Source of the DNA: a virus
Taxonomy: Duplodnaviria > Caudoviricetes
Reading direction: 5' to 3' (one strand)
Virus record (IMG/VR): IMGVR_UViG_3300010366_000018
Location: 1 to 46,814 of that record
Length of the DNA: 46,814 nt
In this document: positions 1-9,357 of the stretch, one piece after another
Numbering within the stretch: the stretch's first letter is position 1
Layout: every line of letters begins with the position of its first letter
Position numbers and translations under genes: made by a program
The notes under the pieces: generated by a model
The model's database searches: none
The model's input: only the letters and a program-made list of their open reading frames with translations
What the model was told of the DNA's origin: nothing

Positions 1-1
1 C

Positions 2-274
2 TTCAAGTACATCGACTACAACGGGTTCCCGCTGCTGTTCGACGACGACTGCCCGAAGCAGTACATGTTCCTGATCCGCCCGGATGACTACCTCTGGGTG
101 CAGCTCAACGGGAACGACTTCCGTTGGATGAACAGGGACGGAGCGATCCTTCGCAAGGTGGAGAACCCCGACACCGACGCGTACAAGGCCACGCTCTACA
201 AGTACTGCGACCTCGGGTGCTTCCGCCGGAAGACGCAGGGCTGCATCTACAACCTCGCGGACGACATCCCGTAA
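2..274 (+). CDS. Major capsid protein, C-terminal fragment (5'-truncated by window edge)
   Basis: Frame open from nt 2: FKYIDYNGFPLLFDDDCPKQYMFLIRP...YKATLYKYCDLGCFRRKTQGCIYNLADDIP, typical of HK97-fold capsid C-termini; precedes head-tail genes. Confidence 0.8.
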   Translation, partial: FKYIDYNGFPLLFDDDCPKQYMFLIRPDDYLWVQLNGNDFRWMNRDGAILRKVENPDTDAYKATLYKYCDLGCFRRKTQGCIYNLADDIP

Positions 275-301
275 CCCTTCGCACGGGATAGGAGGCGGAC
301 G

Positions 302-751
302 ATGGAAGTACTTCCGATGAAAGCTTGGTACGACAAGAACCGTGGTGTCGTCGAGCTGGATGACGACGTGCTCTCCATCGTCCGCCATGTCCGTGAGATC
401 TATGGCGGCAACGTGACCATCGAACTCCTACCAGACAATCCCGAGCCGTACGCGTTCGTGGAGCATTGTGAGGACGGCTCTGATCGACTCGTCTTCACAT
501 GCACGACACTGGATGGTCGCGCTCTGGAGCGTCTCCTGAGATCCGACAGTCACAGCCGTCATTACGTCGATCCTTACGACGAAGCGGAACAGACTCACGA
601 TGCTCTCCAAGACGCTAAAGATGAGAGGAGCAAGGAGCAAATCCGCGAAGTGTCGGAGGAGATCGCCTACGCGCTCAAGCGAGAGGGCCGAGCTGAGTCA
701 CTCCCCCTCACTGTGGGCCTGAATGCTGGGAGGACGCAACGTGCCAAGTAG
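302..751 (+). CDS. Hypothetical protein (149 aa)
   Basis: GGAGG RBS before ATG; phage-like codon usage. Confidence 0.75.
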   Translation: MEVLPMKAWYDKNRGVVELDDDVLSIVRHVREIYGGNVTIELLPDNPEPYAFVEHCEDGSDRLVFTCTTLDGRALERLLRSDSHSRHYVDPYDEAEQTHDALQDAKDERSKEQIREVSEEIAYALKREGRAESLPLTVGLNAGRTQRAK

Positions 752-1409
752 CACTGGCCAGCTTCAGTTGCAGGACTACGACGCTGCTCTCGTGGCGCGC
801 GGGTTCGACGGGTTCCAGCCTCTCGAACGCAAGCAACTCATCAACTTCGGATACCGGTACGTGGCGCGTCAGTACCCATGGTGGTGGGAGCAATCCATCG
901 TCACACTCCCGATGAGTGTTGGTGATGGGGTGATGCAGACGGCTGGAGCGACTCCCCTTGGTGCATCCAACATCAGCGGAGTGTATATTGCCTCAGATCC
1001 GTACCGTCGGAAACTCCTCGTGATGAAGCAGGAGCAATTCGAGGCCGAGTACTTGCCTCAGGACCTCACCAAGCTTCAGAACTGCGGCATTCCGTCTTAT
1101 TACTACGTCCACGAGCACAAGCTCTACATCCTGCCGCCACCGAACGTCACCATGCAGTTCAATATCGAGTTCGACGGCTACCTGCTCGACATGGTGAACG
1201 ATACCGACGTACCTCAGACCCCGCAGATCCTCGACGAGGTCATCCTCGATGCAGCATTAGTCCGTGCACACAGGCGCGCTCACGAGTTGGATCTCGCGGC
1301 TGATGCGCAGCAACGCGTTGACTCCGCGATCATGGACATGCTGGCCGACGACGTGTGGCAGATGTCGGAGCAGCAGGAGCGGGTGGTACCCGACAATCAA
1401 TGGCTGTAG
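741..1409 (+). CDS. Putative head-tail adaptor / tail tubular protein A-like
   Basis: GTG start overlapping the previous gene; ~222 aa; G.PSYYY...KLYILPPP motif and position after the capsid gene are typical of podovirus adaptors. Confidence 0.65.
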   Translation: MPSSTGQLQLQDYDAALVARGFDGFQPLERKQLINFGYRYVARQYPWWWEQSIVTLPMSVGDGVMQTAGATPLGASNISGVYIASDPYRRKLLVMKQEQFEAEYLPQDLTKLQNCGIPSYYYVHEHKLYILPPPNVTMQFNIEFDGYLLDMVNDTDVPQTPQILDEVILDAALVRAHRRAHELDLAADAQQRVDSAIMDMLADDVWQMSEQQERVVPDNQWL

Positions 1410-1639
1410 CACCGAAGGACATGCCGGTCGACCGCGCGATGGTACAGTCGTGGATCGACGACTACAACAAGAAGAAGAACCCACCCGACACCCTCGAGCA
1501 GTATATCCACAAGGAGGTATCGAAACTCAACCTCGACGATCCGTACGTAGACACCTCGGCTTACGACGATCTCGAGGACGAGACGCACATCGCGGACATG
1601 GTCTGCATGGACTTGCCTTCATATGCCACAAGTAACTAG
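1400..1639 (+). CDS. Hypothetical protein (79 aa)
   Basis: ATG at 1400 overlapping the upstream stop; MAVAPKDMPVDRAM...; fills the operon gap. Confidence 0.6.
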   Translation: MAVAPKDMPVDRAMVQSWIDDYNKKKNPPDTLEQYIHKEVSKLNLDDPYVDTSAYDDLEDETHIADMVCMDLPSYATSN

Positions 1640-3200
1640 CGTCAGAGAATCGGAGGTCGTCACTCAAGGCTTCCAGCAGGGCGTGAATATCCAGGACGCG
1701 CCCAACCTCCTTACCCCGACCGAGGTGAGGCGCGCGGAGAACGGTCTCTTTGACGAACGCGGTGGCTTCACGAAGCGTTCAGGCTGCCAGAACATGGGCC
1801 CTGTGGGTGCAAGTGCTGATCGCATCATCAGCACCTACGTGTTCTATCGTGGCGCCGACGTAGCACCACACTACATGATTCACACCAGCGCGGGCAAGGT
1901 CTACTACACGACTGACCCGACTGCGACGACTGTGACATGGACTCAGATCGCAACGGGCCTCGCTATCAGTCAGCCTATGTCGTGGGAGACGTTCAACGGC
2001 AAGTGCTACTTCGTCGAGGGTACTACCGTCTCGAGTTGGGATGGGACTACATATGCCACGCTACCCAGCGCTCCTCTAGGTAAGTACATCAGGCTCTACA
2101 AGGATACGATGTGGCTATCTGGTGTGTTTGGTCTACCAGACCGCGTCTACTCCTCGTCACCTGGTGATGCTGAGACGTGGCCCTCGGCCAATTGGATCGA
2201 CATCCGCAAGGGCGATGGCGACTCCATCCGTGCTCTCGCTACTGACGGCGTGTATCTCATCGTGGGCAAGCGCAGTACTGGCGTCATCATCTACGACCCA
2301 GCACTGTTCTACAACCGCGTCTTCGACTACGAGAAGGGGATCGAGTCGCACTGGTCCGTGATCCAGCACGAGGCAGATATCTTCTACCTCACACGTCGTG
2401 GTGTGGCGAGGTGGCAGGGTGATGCACCGGCAGATCTCATCTCGTACAAGATTGACCCCGTCTTCGATCCTCACGTCATCAACTACAACCTCCTACAGTT
2501 CGCGTGGGCTTACTCATCTGGCAACATCGTGTCGTGGTGTATCACTGAGGCAGGCGGGGCATACGCGACCATGCAGATCAACTACTACCCACGTCTTGCA
2601 GAACTCACAGCTCTGGGCGTCCGAGGGTTGGGGCCATGGAGCTTCGATCGGGTACCCATCGCGTGCGCGAGTCTGTATCGCTATCAGGACAGGGTCCGTC
2701 TGTTCGGAGGTTCAACGTCGGCCAATGCTTTCTACTGGGTCTTCGCTGACAACGTGGGGACTGACGATGGACAGCCCTTCACGGCAATCCTGGAGACAGC
2801 GGCGTTTGATTTCGGGTCACCATTGCTTACGAAGTACATCCGACGTATCCGCGTTCTGGGCCGCGGTATCTTTACGGTCCAGATCAAGCGCAACTTCCAG
2901 GGCGCAGTCAAGTGGACTCACATCGCTGACCTCTCCCAGACCACAGACCTGTGGAACGATGAGTTGTGGGGTGGAGTCGGGGGACCAGGTACGTGGGGTC
3001 CTGACGCGAACGTGAAAGAGACCACGTTGAACCCGGACGTGTACGGTAGGTTCATCACTGTGATCTTCTCCGACTCCAGTCCCGCTGCGGGATCGAAGGT
3101 CACGCCGGTGGGCTCACGTGACTACCCGATTCCGACGGGGCAATGGTCAATCTTGGGGTGCATCCTCGATGGTCAGCTACTGGGAGTGAGGCAAACATGA
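1623..3200 (+). CDS. Putative tail nozzle / DNA-stabilisation protein (P22 gp10 / tubular protein B-like)
   Basis: 525 aa, beta-rich; N-terminal GF..GVN...AEN...DERGGFTKRSG pattern; position after the adaptor. Confidence 0.7.
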   Translation: MPQVTSVRESEVVTQGFQQGVNIQDAPNLLTPTEVRRAENGLFDERGGFTKRSGCQNMGPVGASADRIISTYVFYRGADVAPHYMIHTSAGKVYYTTDPTATTVTWTQIATGLAISQPMSWETFNGKCYFVEGTTVSSWDGTTYATLPSAPLGKYIRLYKDTMWLSGVFGLPDRVYSSSPGDAETWPSANWIDIRKGDGDSIRALATDGVYLIVGKRSTGVIIYDPALFYNRVFDYEKGIESHWSVIQHEADIFYLTRRGVARWQGDAPADLISYKIDPVFDPHVINYNLLQFAWAYSSGNIVSWCITEAGGAYATMQINYYPRLAELTALGVRGLGPWSFDRVPIACASLYRYQDRVRLFGGSTSANAFYWVFADNVGTDDGQPFTAILETAAFDFGSPLLTKYIRRIRVLGRGIFTVQIKRNFQGAVKWTHIADLSQTTDLWNDELWGGVGGPGTWGPDANVKETTLNPDVYGRFITVIFSDSSPAAGSKVTPVGSRDYPIPTGQWSILGCILDGQLLGVRQT

Positions 3201-4087
3201 GTCTCTACAACATCGTGAACATGGCCTCCCTGCAGCCGGGTCAGCCCGAGGATGTGTCGCAGGTACTCGCCAACTTCCAGGCGATTCAGGCCGTGCTCAA
3301 CGGCGGCATCGACGACAACAACATCCGTTCCACCGCGGCGATCCAGCCCAGCAAACTTGCGGGTTACCCCGCCAGTGCGCTGATGGCACTTCGTGGTGAT
3401 GGGTCGTGGGGTCGTACAGCACCAACGAGACCTGCAGGTACAACTGTCCTTACGACGGGGTCAGGTACTTACACCACACCCGCTGGTGTCAAGGCTATCC
3501 TCGTCGAGTGTGTTGGCGGTGGCGGATCTGGTGGCGGAGTCAATGTTACTACTGCTGGTCAGGTTGCTACTGCTGGGGGAGGCGGGGGCGGTGGCTATTC
3601 TGCTTCGTTGATCCAGAGTCCTGCAGCAACGTACGCCTATGTGGTAGGTGCTGGTGGAGCAGCGCCCGCTGCGGGTAACAACCCCGGCAACGCCGGTAAT
3701 GATACCACCTTCGGAGGCACGATCATTGTAGCCAAAGCGGGTGGCGGTGGAAACGGGAATGCGAGCGCCGGTACAACTAACCAGGTTACTCAGGGTGGTA
3801 GCCCTGGCGTCGGTGCTTCGGGCGCCGGTGATATCCGAATCGACGGTTCGGGTGGCGGGTCTGGAGTCGTAGTTGCAGCGGGTGCTGGTATTAGCGGCTA
3901 CGGGGGTGCTGGTGGTGGACCATACGGCGCCGCGAGGAATTCTACTGCGTCAGCGGGTGCGTCGGGTGGTCAGGCTGGACTCGGTGCCGGTGGTGGCGGT
4001 TCGGGCAGCATTCGCGTAGGGGCTACAGGGGCGCAAACCGGTGGTGCTGGGGCCAACGGAATCATCGTCATCACGGAGTACTACTAG
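3197..4087 (+). CDS. Glycine-rich tail fibre / receptor-binding protein
   Basis: ATGA overlap; N-terminal anchor (VLANFQAIQAVLNGGIDD.NI) plus Gly-rich domain (SGTYTTPAG...ECVGGGG...GIIVITEYY). Confidence 0.7.
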   Translation: MSLYNIVNMASLQPGQPEDVSQVLANFQAIQAVLNGGIDDNNIRSTAAIQPSKLAGYPASALMALRGDGSWGRTAPTRPAGTTVLTTGSGTYTTPAGVKAILVECVGGGGSGGGVNVTTAGQVATAGGGGGGGYSASLIQSPAATYAYVVGAGGAAPAAGNNPGNAGNDTTFGGTIIVAKAGGGGNGNASAGTTNQVTQGGSPGVGASGAGDIRIDGSGGGSGVVVAAGAGISGYGGAGGGPYGAARNSTASAGASGGQAGLGAGGGGSGSIRVGATGAQTGGAGANGIIVITEYY

Positions 4088-4441
4088 ATGACGACCTACA
4101 CCATAGTCAACCCCGGCAACCTGGTCGATGGCCAACCACAGAAGATCTCAGATGTAGTAGCAAACTTCAACGCCGTCGCTACCGTACTCAACGGTAACAT
4201 CGACGACTCCAACATCAACCCCTCCAGCGGCATCGGCTTGGGCAAGATTGCCACGCTCATCTTTACCCAGGGTACAGCAGCTGCGAGTTGGACCATCGCC
4301 CACAACATGGGTAAGTTCCCCTCCGTAGACGTAGTGGACTCATCTGGCAACGAGCTGTGGCCTGACATAGTCTACACGGATGCTAACACCGTGACCATCA
4401 ACTTCGGCAACGCAACCTCAGGAAAGGCGTATCTCAACTAA
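4088..4441 (+). CDS. Small tail fibre adaptor protein
   Basis: N-terminus paralogous to 3197-4087; C-terminal WTIAHNMGKFPSVDVVD motif common in tail accessory proteins. Confidence 0.65.
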   Translation: MTTYTIVNPGNLVDGQPQKISDVVANFNAVATVLNGNIDDSNINPSSGIGLGKIATLIFTQGTAAASWTIAHNMGKFPSVDVVDSSGNELWPDIVYTDANTVTINFGNATSGKAYLN

Positions 4442-5673
4442 TGCCAATCCTCGGTAACAACTTAGACTTCGTCAAGCTCGAGGCCCGCAACATGCGGATC
4501 CAAAACTTGGCGGCAGCGCCGTCGTCACCGGTCACGGGCCAGCTCTACTACGACACAGTTGCCAACAAGCTCTACTGGTGGAACGGCAGTGCGTGGATTG
4601 ACGCGACTGGCGGAGGTACTCCAGCTGACGCTACGACCTCAAGCAAGGGTATCGTTCAGCTCGCTGGAGACCTCGCGGGTACGGCGACCTCACCACAGAT
4701 CGCTGCTGGCGTGATCGTCGATGCCGACGTGAACGCTGCTGCGGCTATCGCTGAGTCGAAGCTATCCCTCGCAACTGATGCTGCTGCGGGTACTGGCTCG
4801 CGGCGCACACTCGGACTGGGCGCGAATCAGGCGATGCCTGGTAACGAGCGCCTCGATCAGATCACCGCGCCAACGGCGTCGGTGTCATTGAACTCCCAGC
4901 GGATCACGAACCAGGCTGACCCTGTCAACCCGCAGGATAGCGCGACGAAGAACTACGTCGATGGCTTGGTGCAGGGTCTCGACGCGAAGGCATCCTGTCA
5001 CGCTGCGACCACAGCGAACATCGCAACCCTCGCTGGTGGCGCTCCTAGTACCTTGGATGGTGTGACGCTCGCAGCCAACGATCGCGTTCTCGTCAAGGAT
5101 CAGACGACCACGAACCAGAACGGCATCTACACTGTCACTACGCTGGGTACAGGCGCCAACGGTACCTGGACACGCGCGACTGATATGGATGCCTGGACCG
5201 AGGTCCCCAGTTCCTACACGTGGATCGAGAACGGTACGGTGAACGCTGACACTGGGTGGATCTGTACGGCGGACACTGGCGGCACTCTGGGCACGACTGC
5301 GATCACTTGGACATTGTTCTCGTCAGCGGGATCACTGATCGCCGGCGCGGGCCTCACAAAGACCGGTAACACCATCGACGCTATCGCCGCAGCTGCTGGT
5401 GGCATCACCGTCAACCCCGACTCCATCCAGGTCGACTCCACTGTGGCGCGGTACTACAACAATGCCGCGACGCACGGTGCAGGTACCACCATCACGATCA
5501 CACAGGCCACCCACGGGTTGCGCGCCTCGAGGGCGCTGCATGTCCAGGTGCAGGACAACACCACAGGAGCGATTGAGTTCCCCGACGTGTCAGTGGCATC
5601 GAATGGCGATGTGACCGTCACCTACGCTGCCTCCGTATCAGCGAACACGAAGCTCGTGACCATCATCGGATAA
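4441..5673 (+). CDS. Tail fibre protein
   Basis: GQLYYDT...LYWWNG, ATTSSKGIVQLAGDL, DSATKNYVD and DRVLVKDQT...NGIY motifs typical of tail fibres. Confidence 0.75.
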   Translation: MPILGNNLDFVKLEARNMRIQNLAAAPSSPVTGQLYYDTVANKLYWWNGSAWIDATGGGTPADATTSSKGIVQLAGDLAGTATSPQIAAGVIVDADVNAAAAIAESKLSLATDAAAGTGSRRTLGLGANQAMPGNERLDQITAPTASVSLNSQRITNQADPVNPQDSATKNYVDGLVQGLDAKASCHAATTANIATLAGGAPSTLDGVTLAANDRVLVKDQTTTNQNGIYTVTTLGTGANGTWTRATDMDAWTEVPSSYTWIENGTVNADTGWICTADTGGTLGTTAITWTLFSSAGSLIAGAGLTKTGNTIDAIAAAAGGITVNPDSIQVDSTVARYYNNAATHGAGTTITITQATHGLRASRALHVQVQDNTTGAIEFPDVSVASNGDVTVTYAASVSANTKLVTIIG

Positions 5674-7145
5674 TGCCAGAGATCCCAGGAACCCTCAAAC
5701 CACCACGCTTGGCTTCAGCGCCGGCTTCGCCAGCTCTGGGTCAACTGTACTACGACACTACCCAGAACGGACTGTACTACTGGAACGGCACGAGCTGGGT
5801 CTGCATCGTGGTCGGTGGAGGCAAGGCTCCGACTCAGACCGTCTTGACGGCTACTTCAGGTACGTACAACACCCCTGCAGGCTGCGTTGCTATCTTGGTA
5901 GAGGCGACAGGACCTGGCGGGGGCGGCGGAGGTTGTGCTACTGCGGCTGGTGGTTACGGTAGCGGTGCGGGAGGTAGTGGTGGCGCCTACGTCAACCACT
6001 TGATCCAGAATCCAAGTGCTAGCTACTCCTATACGGTTCCAGCGGGTGGTGCGGGTGGTGCTGCTGGCAACAATGCGGGCTCGACTCCGACGAATACCAC
6101 CTTTGGTACCACAATCGTTGTTGCTGCTGCAGGAGCAGGAGGTAATGGTGGCACTGCGGGTACAAGTTTTCCGACCTTTATCGGGGCTAATACGCCGCCA
6201 GCGGCCTCATCCTCCTCTACGGGCCAGGTAATCGTTATCGGGGCTTGTGCATTGGTTGGGGTGGCCTACAGCGCCACGATCGGGATTAGTGCTGGTGGTG
6301 GAGCGCCGGGCGGTCGTTTCGGGACTTATTGCGGCATCCGCTCATCGGGTGGTGCGGGTGTCGCTCCTCTGGCTGGGAACTACGGGGCCGGAGGCAGTGC
6401 CGGGAATGTTGCCAATGGCTCGGCAGCTGCGGCTGGAGCAGCAGGCGGTGCAGGCCTGATCGTGGTCACCGAGTTCTACGGCCCAGTACCATCACCTGCG
6501 CCAACGCGCCAGGTGTTCACCACAGGGTCGGGTACTTACACCACGCCTGCAGGCTGTCGTGCGATCCAGGTGGAATGTATCGGTGGAGGGGGTGCTGGTG
6601 GAGGCGCACCGAGTACCTCGGCAAGCAACTGTGCTGCAGGAGGGGGAGGAGGCGGTGGAGCATACGCTTCCTCGGTAATTGCTAGCCCAGCCGCAACCTA
6701 CGCCTACGCTGTTGGAGCTGGCGGTACGGGAGTCGCTAACGCGACAGGTAATGTTGGCGGCGACACGACCTTCGGCACTACTGTAGTCGTAGCGAAAGGT
6801 GGGGGTGGTGGAGGTCAGGCTGCTCAGGCAGTTCCTCCAGCGATGTACGCGAATGGTGGTGCAGGTGGAGCTGCGGGCAGCAGCACTGGTGGTATCACAA
6901 TGACTGGCGAACCTGGAGCACGTGGAATGGCACTTGCAGCAACTACAGCTATGGGTGGTGCGGGTGGATCGGCAGCGAGGGGTGGCGGAGGAGGCCAGGC
7001 TGCGTACTCGACTACCTCTACGGGTAACGTGGGAAACTCTCCTGGTGGTGGCGGATCTGGTGGTGAGAACAACCAGAGCCAGGCCGCAACCGTCGCAGGT
7101 GCAGCAGGTGCAGCAGGCATGATAATCGTGACGGAGTTCTACTAA
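5673..7145 (+). CDS. Tail fibre / receptor-binding protein with two glycine-rich domains
   Basis: N-terminal PASPALGQLYYDT motif; two tandem Gly-rich domains each ending IVVTEFY / IIVTEFY. Confidence 0.7.
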   Translation: MPEIPGTLKPPRLASAPASPALGQLYYDTTQNGLYYWNGTSWVCIVVGGGKAPTQTVLTATSGTYNTPAGCVAILVEATGPGGGGGGCATAAGGYGSGAGGSGGAYVNHLIQNPSASYSYTVPAGGAGGAAGNNAGSTPTNTTFGTTIVVAAAGAGGNGGTAGTSFPTFIGANTPPAASSSSTGQVIVIGACALVGVAYSATIGISAGGGAPGGRFGTYCGIRSSGGAGVAPLAGNYGAGGSAGNVANGSAAAAGAAGGAGLIVVTEFYGPVPSPAPTRQVFTTGSGTYTTPAGCRAIQVECIGGGGAGGGAPSTSASNCAAGGGGGGGAYASSVIASPAATYAYAVGAGGTGVANATGNVGGDTTFGTTVVVAKGGGGGGQAAQAVPPAMYANGGAGGAAGSSTGGITMTGEPGARGMALAATTAMGGAGGSAARGGGGGQAAYSTTSTGNVGNSPGGGGSGGENNQSQAATVAGAAGAAGMIIVTEFY

Positions 7146-7543
7146 TGGCTACGCAGACGACACTACCACAGAAGCCCATGCGGAGGTCGCCAGTCGACCA
7201 GCAAGTGTGGACAGTGTGGACGATGCTCATCTACTTCGTCAATGCTGTCTACGATGCGCAGATTGCAGCGCTACAGTCTCAGATCGGGGCTATCGGCGGC
7301 GCATCTACGCTCAAGGCTGGGATCGCCACTGTGGCAGCAGGAACTAGCACTGTTACTGTCACTCACAACCTCGGTCTACCGAACGCCGTGACAATAACCC
7401 CCGAAGGTACCAACGCACCGACGGTGTGGGGTGCTGGAGGGTTCTGGATCACAGGTAGGACTAACAATGCCTTCACCATCAATCTCGCATCCAACGCCCC
7501 AGGGGGCGGAATCCAATTCGATTGGCAGGTGCAGCCCACATGA
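7145..7543 (+). CDS. Putative tail accessory protein (132 aa)
   Basis: TAATG coupling; C-terminal VTVTHNLG...FTIN...FDW beta domain. Confidence 0.6.
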   Translation: MATQTTLPQKPMRRSPVDQQVWTVWTMLIYFVNAVYDAQIAALQSQIGAIGGASTLKAGIATVAAGTSTVTVTHNLGLPNAVTITPEGTNAPTVWGAGGFWITGRTNNAFTINLASNAPGGGIQFDWQVQPT

Positions 7544-9357
7544 GTAGTTATGCCGGTAACCCGCAAACCGACTCGGGCATCGGTGGTGCAGGTCCCAATC
7601 CCATGGGCGAGGACTGGTCTCAGTACTACCTCCCTCAGTTGATGGGTCTACCTGCACCCCCGACTGATCCAAGTCTACACCTCGATGCCACGTACTACGC
7701 CAACGAGGCTCAGAATCGCCAGGCTCAGGAGGGGCTCTACAACGCCGCGATCGCCAAGCTCGGGTACACCGGTGCTCATGGTGAGTTCGTTCCGGGTTCG
7801 ATTCTGCAGGCCGCACAGCTCAGGGAGGCGCAGGACCAGGCGCAGCGTCAGCAGGCGATCATCGCCAACACCCAGCTCATGCAGCAGCAGGGTACCCTGT
7901 TCAGCGGAATGCGTGCCGTGCAGCAGGCGCAGGCTGAGCAGCCGTACGTCTCGGATATCGCTACGACTGAGCTGGGCCTCCCAATCGACATGGCCGCCGC
8001 CCTACAAGACGCGAGAGGTTCGATCAGCGCCTACAACACCCAGAACGACATTGACCTCGCAGGTGCGATGGACCGCTACACCACGTCCCAGCAGCAGCAA
8101 CCCTCGACCTCAACGCCAGCGCCAGCACCCGCACCAGCTCCAACGCCCGCGCCCGGTGACACCAGTGGTGGCACTACGACCGGGACGCCCGGTTCTGCCG
8201 GATCAGACAGCTACTCCACGCTGCCGTACCGGACGGTTGGGTGCTTCGTCGCTGAGACGATGATCTCCACGCCTGATGGTGAGAAGCGCATCGACGCCGT
8301 CCAGCAGGGTGATACGGTACTTTCCTACGACACCGAGGCTAAAAAGCTCGTGGAGTCGAAGGTCACCCGCGTCGACTTCCACCCCGATCCGCACACCGTC
8401 ATCGAGGCGCGTAACGGACACGGGTCGTTGATCGGCACTCCATACCACATGGTGTGGGATGGCGAGAACTGGGTGCAACTGGGCGCAGCGAAGCGGCTGT
8501 TCAATGCTCACGATCTGAGCGCTTCAGAGTTCTCGTCGGAAAAGGGTACGCCTTCACCCGTGTTCAACCTGCACGTCGATCACCCCGCTCACAACTACGT
8601 CGCCAACGGCTACGTGGTCCACAACATCAAGATGTATCTGATGGCTCGTGGTGGCGAGGTCGATGGCCCGACGCCAGCAATCCTCGGTGAGAAGGGGCCT
8701 GAGGCTGTGGTCCCGATGAGTGGACTGCACCCCGAGGAACAGGACATGGTGCATGGCCTCATCCAGGCTGCACGCTCGCGCATGGCGAACCCGAACATGA
8801 TCCGTCGTCCTCCACCCGGCATCCACTGGTTCGGTCCCGGTGGCTCAGGGGTCGATTACCCGACTCCAGGCCCGCCCCCAGACTACTCAGGTCCAGCGTG
8901 GGGTGACCTCTACGGAGGGGGAAGTCGTCCCGTCCCACCGCCTCGTCATATCGACGTTCCACCGGGTCAGTGGGGTGGTCAACCAATCCATCTACCTATC
9001 CCGATACCGCCTCGTCATATCGACGTTCCACCGGGTCAGTGGGGTGGTCAACCAATCCATCTACCTATCCAGACACCAGGCGGGATCTGGGAAGGTCTCC
9101 AACCCCCAGGTATCATCCCGCCTGGCGGTCACGTATCGCCTGAGACGTGGATGGCCCACCATCCTGGCGTGATGAGTGGTCGCGTAGGAACTGGGTACGT
9201 ACCGAACTGGGCACGGGCTGCTGTCAATGCACGGCTCCACCCACCGACTCACGTCATCCACGGCTTCGGTCCTGGTGGGGCAGTGACGTGGCCGCCAGTC
9301 CAGCCAATCGGATTGCCGCCTATCGGCATCCCCAACCCGGGTATTAGCCCACAGTAA
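7540..9357 (+). CDS. Putative internal virion/ejection protein containing a Hint (intein-like) domain
   Basis: Q/A-rich helical N-terminus, P/T linker, Hint domain, ARGGEV.GPT.AILGEKGPEAVVP motif, Pro/Gly/His-rich tail. Confidence 0.7.
   Translation: MSSYAGNPQTDSGIGGAGPNPMGEDWSQYYLPQLMGLPAPPTDPSLHLDATYYANEAQNRQAQEGLYNAAIAKLGYTGAHGEFVPGSILQAAQLREAQDQAQRQQAIIANTQLMQQQGTLFSGMRAVQQAQAEQPYVSDIATTELGLPIDMAAALQDARGSISAYNTQNDIDLAGAMDRYTTSQQQQPSTSTPAPAPAPAPTPAPGDTSGGTTTGTPGSAGSDSYSTLPYRTVGCFVAETMISTPDGEKRIDAVQQGDTVLSYDTEAKKLVESKVTRVDFHPDPHTVIEARNGHGSLIGTPYHMVWDGENWVQLGAAKRLFNAHDLSASEFSSEKGTPSPVFNLHVDHPAHNYVANGYVVHNIKMYLMARGGEVDGPTPAILGEKGPEAVVPMSGLHPEEQDMVHGLIQAARSRMANPNMIRRPPPGIHWFGPGGSGVDYPTPGPPPDYSGPAWGDLYGGGSRPVPPPRHIDVPPGQWGGQPIHLPIPIPPRHIDVPPGQWGGQPIHLPIQTPGGIWEGLQPPGIIPPGGHVSPETWMAHHPGVMSGRVGTGYVPNWARAAVNARLHPPTHVIHGFGPGGAVTWPPVQPIGLPPIGIPNPGISPQ
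8242..8625 (+). other. Hint / bacterial intein-like domain (128 aa, no endonuclease)
   Basis: CFVAETMISTPDG (block A), LIGTPYH (block B TxxH), VFNLHVD...NYVANGYVVHN (blocks F/G); +1 residue is Ile. Confidence 0.9.
8937..9070 (+). repeat. Tandem in-frame duplication, 69-bp period (65 bp identical)
   Basis: 8937-9001 equals 9006-9070; encodes PPRHIDVPPGQWGGQPIHLPI twice. Confidence 0.95.

Noticed and set aside
1-60. Terminal direct repeat / circular closure with the window end
   Set aside because: The ends share no sequence, and the two capsid fragments total only ~115 aa, so a gap remains
3450-7145. Diversity-generating retroelement TR/VR pair among the tail-fibre repeats
   Set aside because: No reverse transcriptase; copies are all coding and diverged at all bases, not adenine-specific
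8242-8625. Canonical mobile intein
   Set aside because: No homing endonuclease, and +1 residue is Ile rather than Cys/Ser/Thr; treated as a BIL-type Hint
8641-8720. Tape-measure protein, suggested by the GG.V.GPT...GE.GPEAVVP motif
   Set aside because: Isolated short motif; no tail tube, chaperone or baseplate genes; architecture is podovirus-like
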